A program made the position numbers and the translations under genes. Positions 50,190 to 50,706 of a stretch of DNA of 50,706 bases are shown here, piece after piece. The stretch covers positions 44,753,110 to 44,803,815 of the forward strand of contig NC_057719.1 of assembly GCF_004010195.1 (NCBI RefSeq). Direction: 5' to 3'. The notes below the pieces were generated by a model. It was not told the DNA's origin and ran no database searches. It was given only the letters and a program-made list of their open reading frames with translations. Within the stretch, counting starts at the first letter, position 1; each line of letters begins with the position of its first letter. This DNA comes from Chiloscyllium plagiosum. Its lineage: Eukaryota.

Positions 50190-50305
50190 AATTATGCATG
50201 ACGAAGCTTCTTCTTTGCAAAGAAGAGCAGCAGAGTTCTCTCGGTGTCCTTGCTAACACTTGTCCCGAGAAAAGGTAAAAATCTGTCCAGGTATTTCATT
50301 ACTAT
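50190..50305 (+). repeat. Old Deu-domain-type SINE remnant
   Basis: aagaagagcagcagagttctctcggtgtccttgctaacact resembles the recalled DeuSINE core. Confidence 0.4.
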
Positions 50306-50307
50306 TT

Positions 50308-50706
50308 AGAACATAGAACATAGATAGAACATAGAACAATACAGCACAGAACAGGCCCTTCGGCCCACGATGTTGTGCCGAACATTTGTCTTAGCTTAAG
50401 TACTATCCATGTACCTATCTAACTGCCGCTTAAAGGTCACCAATGTTCTGACTCTGCCACTCCCACTGGCAGCGCATTCCATGCCCCACCACTCTCTGGG
50501 TAAAGAACCTACCCCTGACATCCCCCCTATACCTTTCACCCTTCACCTTTTTTATGTCCCCTTGTAACACTCTGTTGTACCCGGGGAAAAAGTCTCTGAC
50601 TGTCTACTCTATCTATTCCCATCATCTTATTATAAACCTCAATCAAGTCACCCCTCATCCTTCGCCGTTCCAATGCGAAAAGGCCTAGCACTCTCAACCT
50701 ATCCTC
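50308..50706 (-). mobile_element. CR1 3' end, continues beyond the right edge
   Basis: (AGAACAT)n tail, acaggcccttcggcccacgatgttgtgcc, gcattccatgcccccaccactctctgggtaaag. Confidence 0.92.

Overview
Eukaryotic, repeat-dense (roughly half recognisably transposon-derived) intronic/intergenic DNA. It is almost certainly from a cartilaginous fish (shark-type HE1 V-SINEs and HER1/CR1 LINEs); this is inferred from recalled repeat families, with no database search. No intact host gene, RNA gene or CRISPR array is visible, and nearly all ORF-track entries are retroelement fragments or noise. Contents: many CR1 copies of different ages, 7 HE1 SINEs, a decayed Tx1/L1 ORF2, a Rex1/Babar fragment, an L2/Crack-like LINE family, Penelope-like elements (RT and GIY-YIG parts), two Tigger-like MITEs, at least two solo LTRs, and weak Harbinger and Gypsy relics. 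Most notable: (1) several minimal type I hammerhead-ribozyme motifs from three Penelope-derived families, including very small HHR-only insertions with clean 14-15 bp target-site duplications; (2) a solo LTR carrying TATA, a strong-Kozak 75-aa heptad-repeat ORF and a polyA-like signal; (3) a weakly supported chain of plus-strand candidate exons, three of which splice in phase into a SEA-domain-like peptide.
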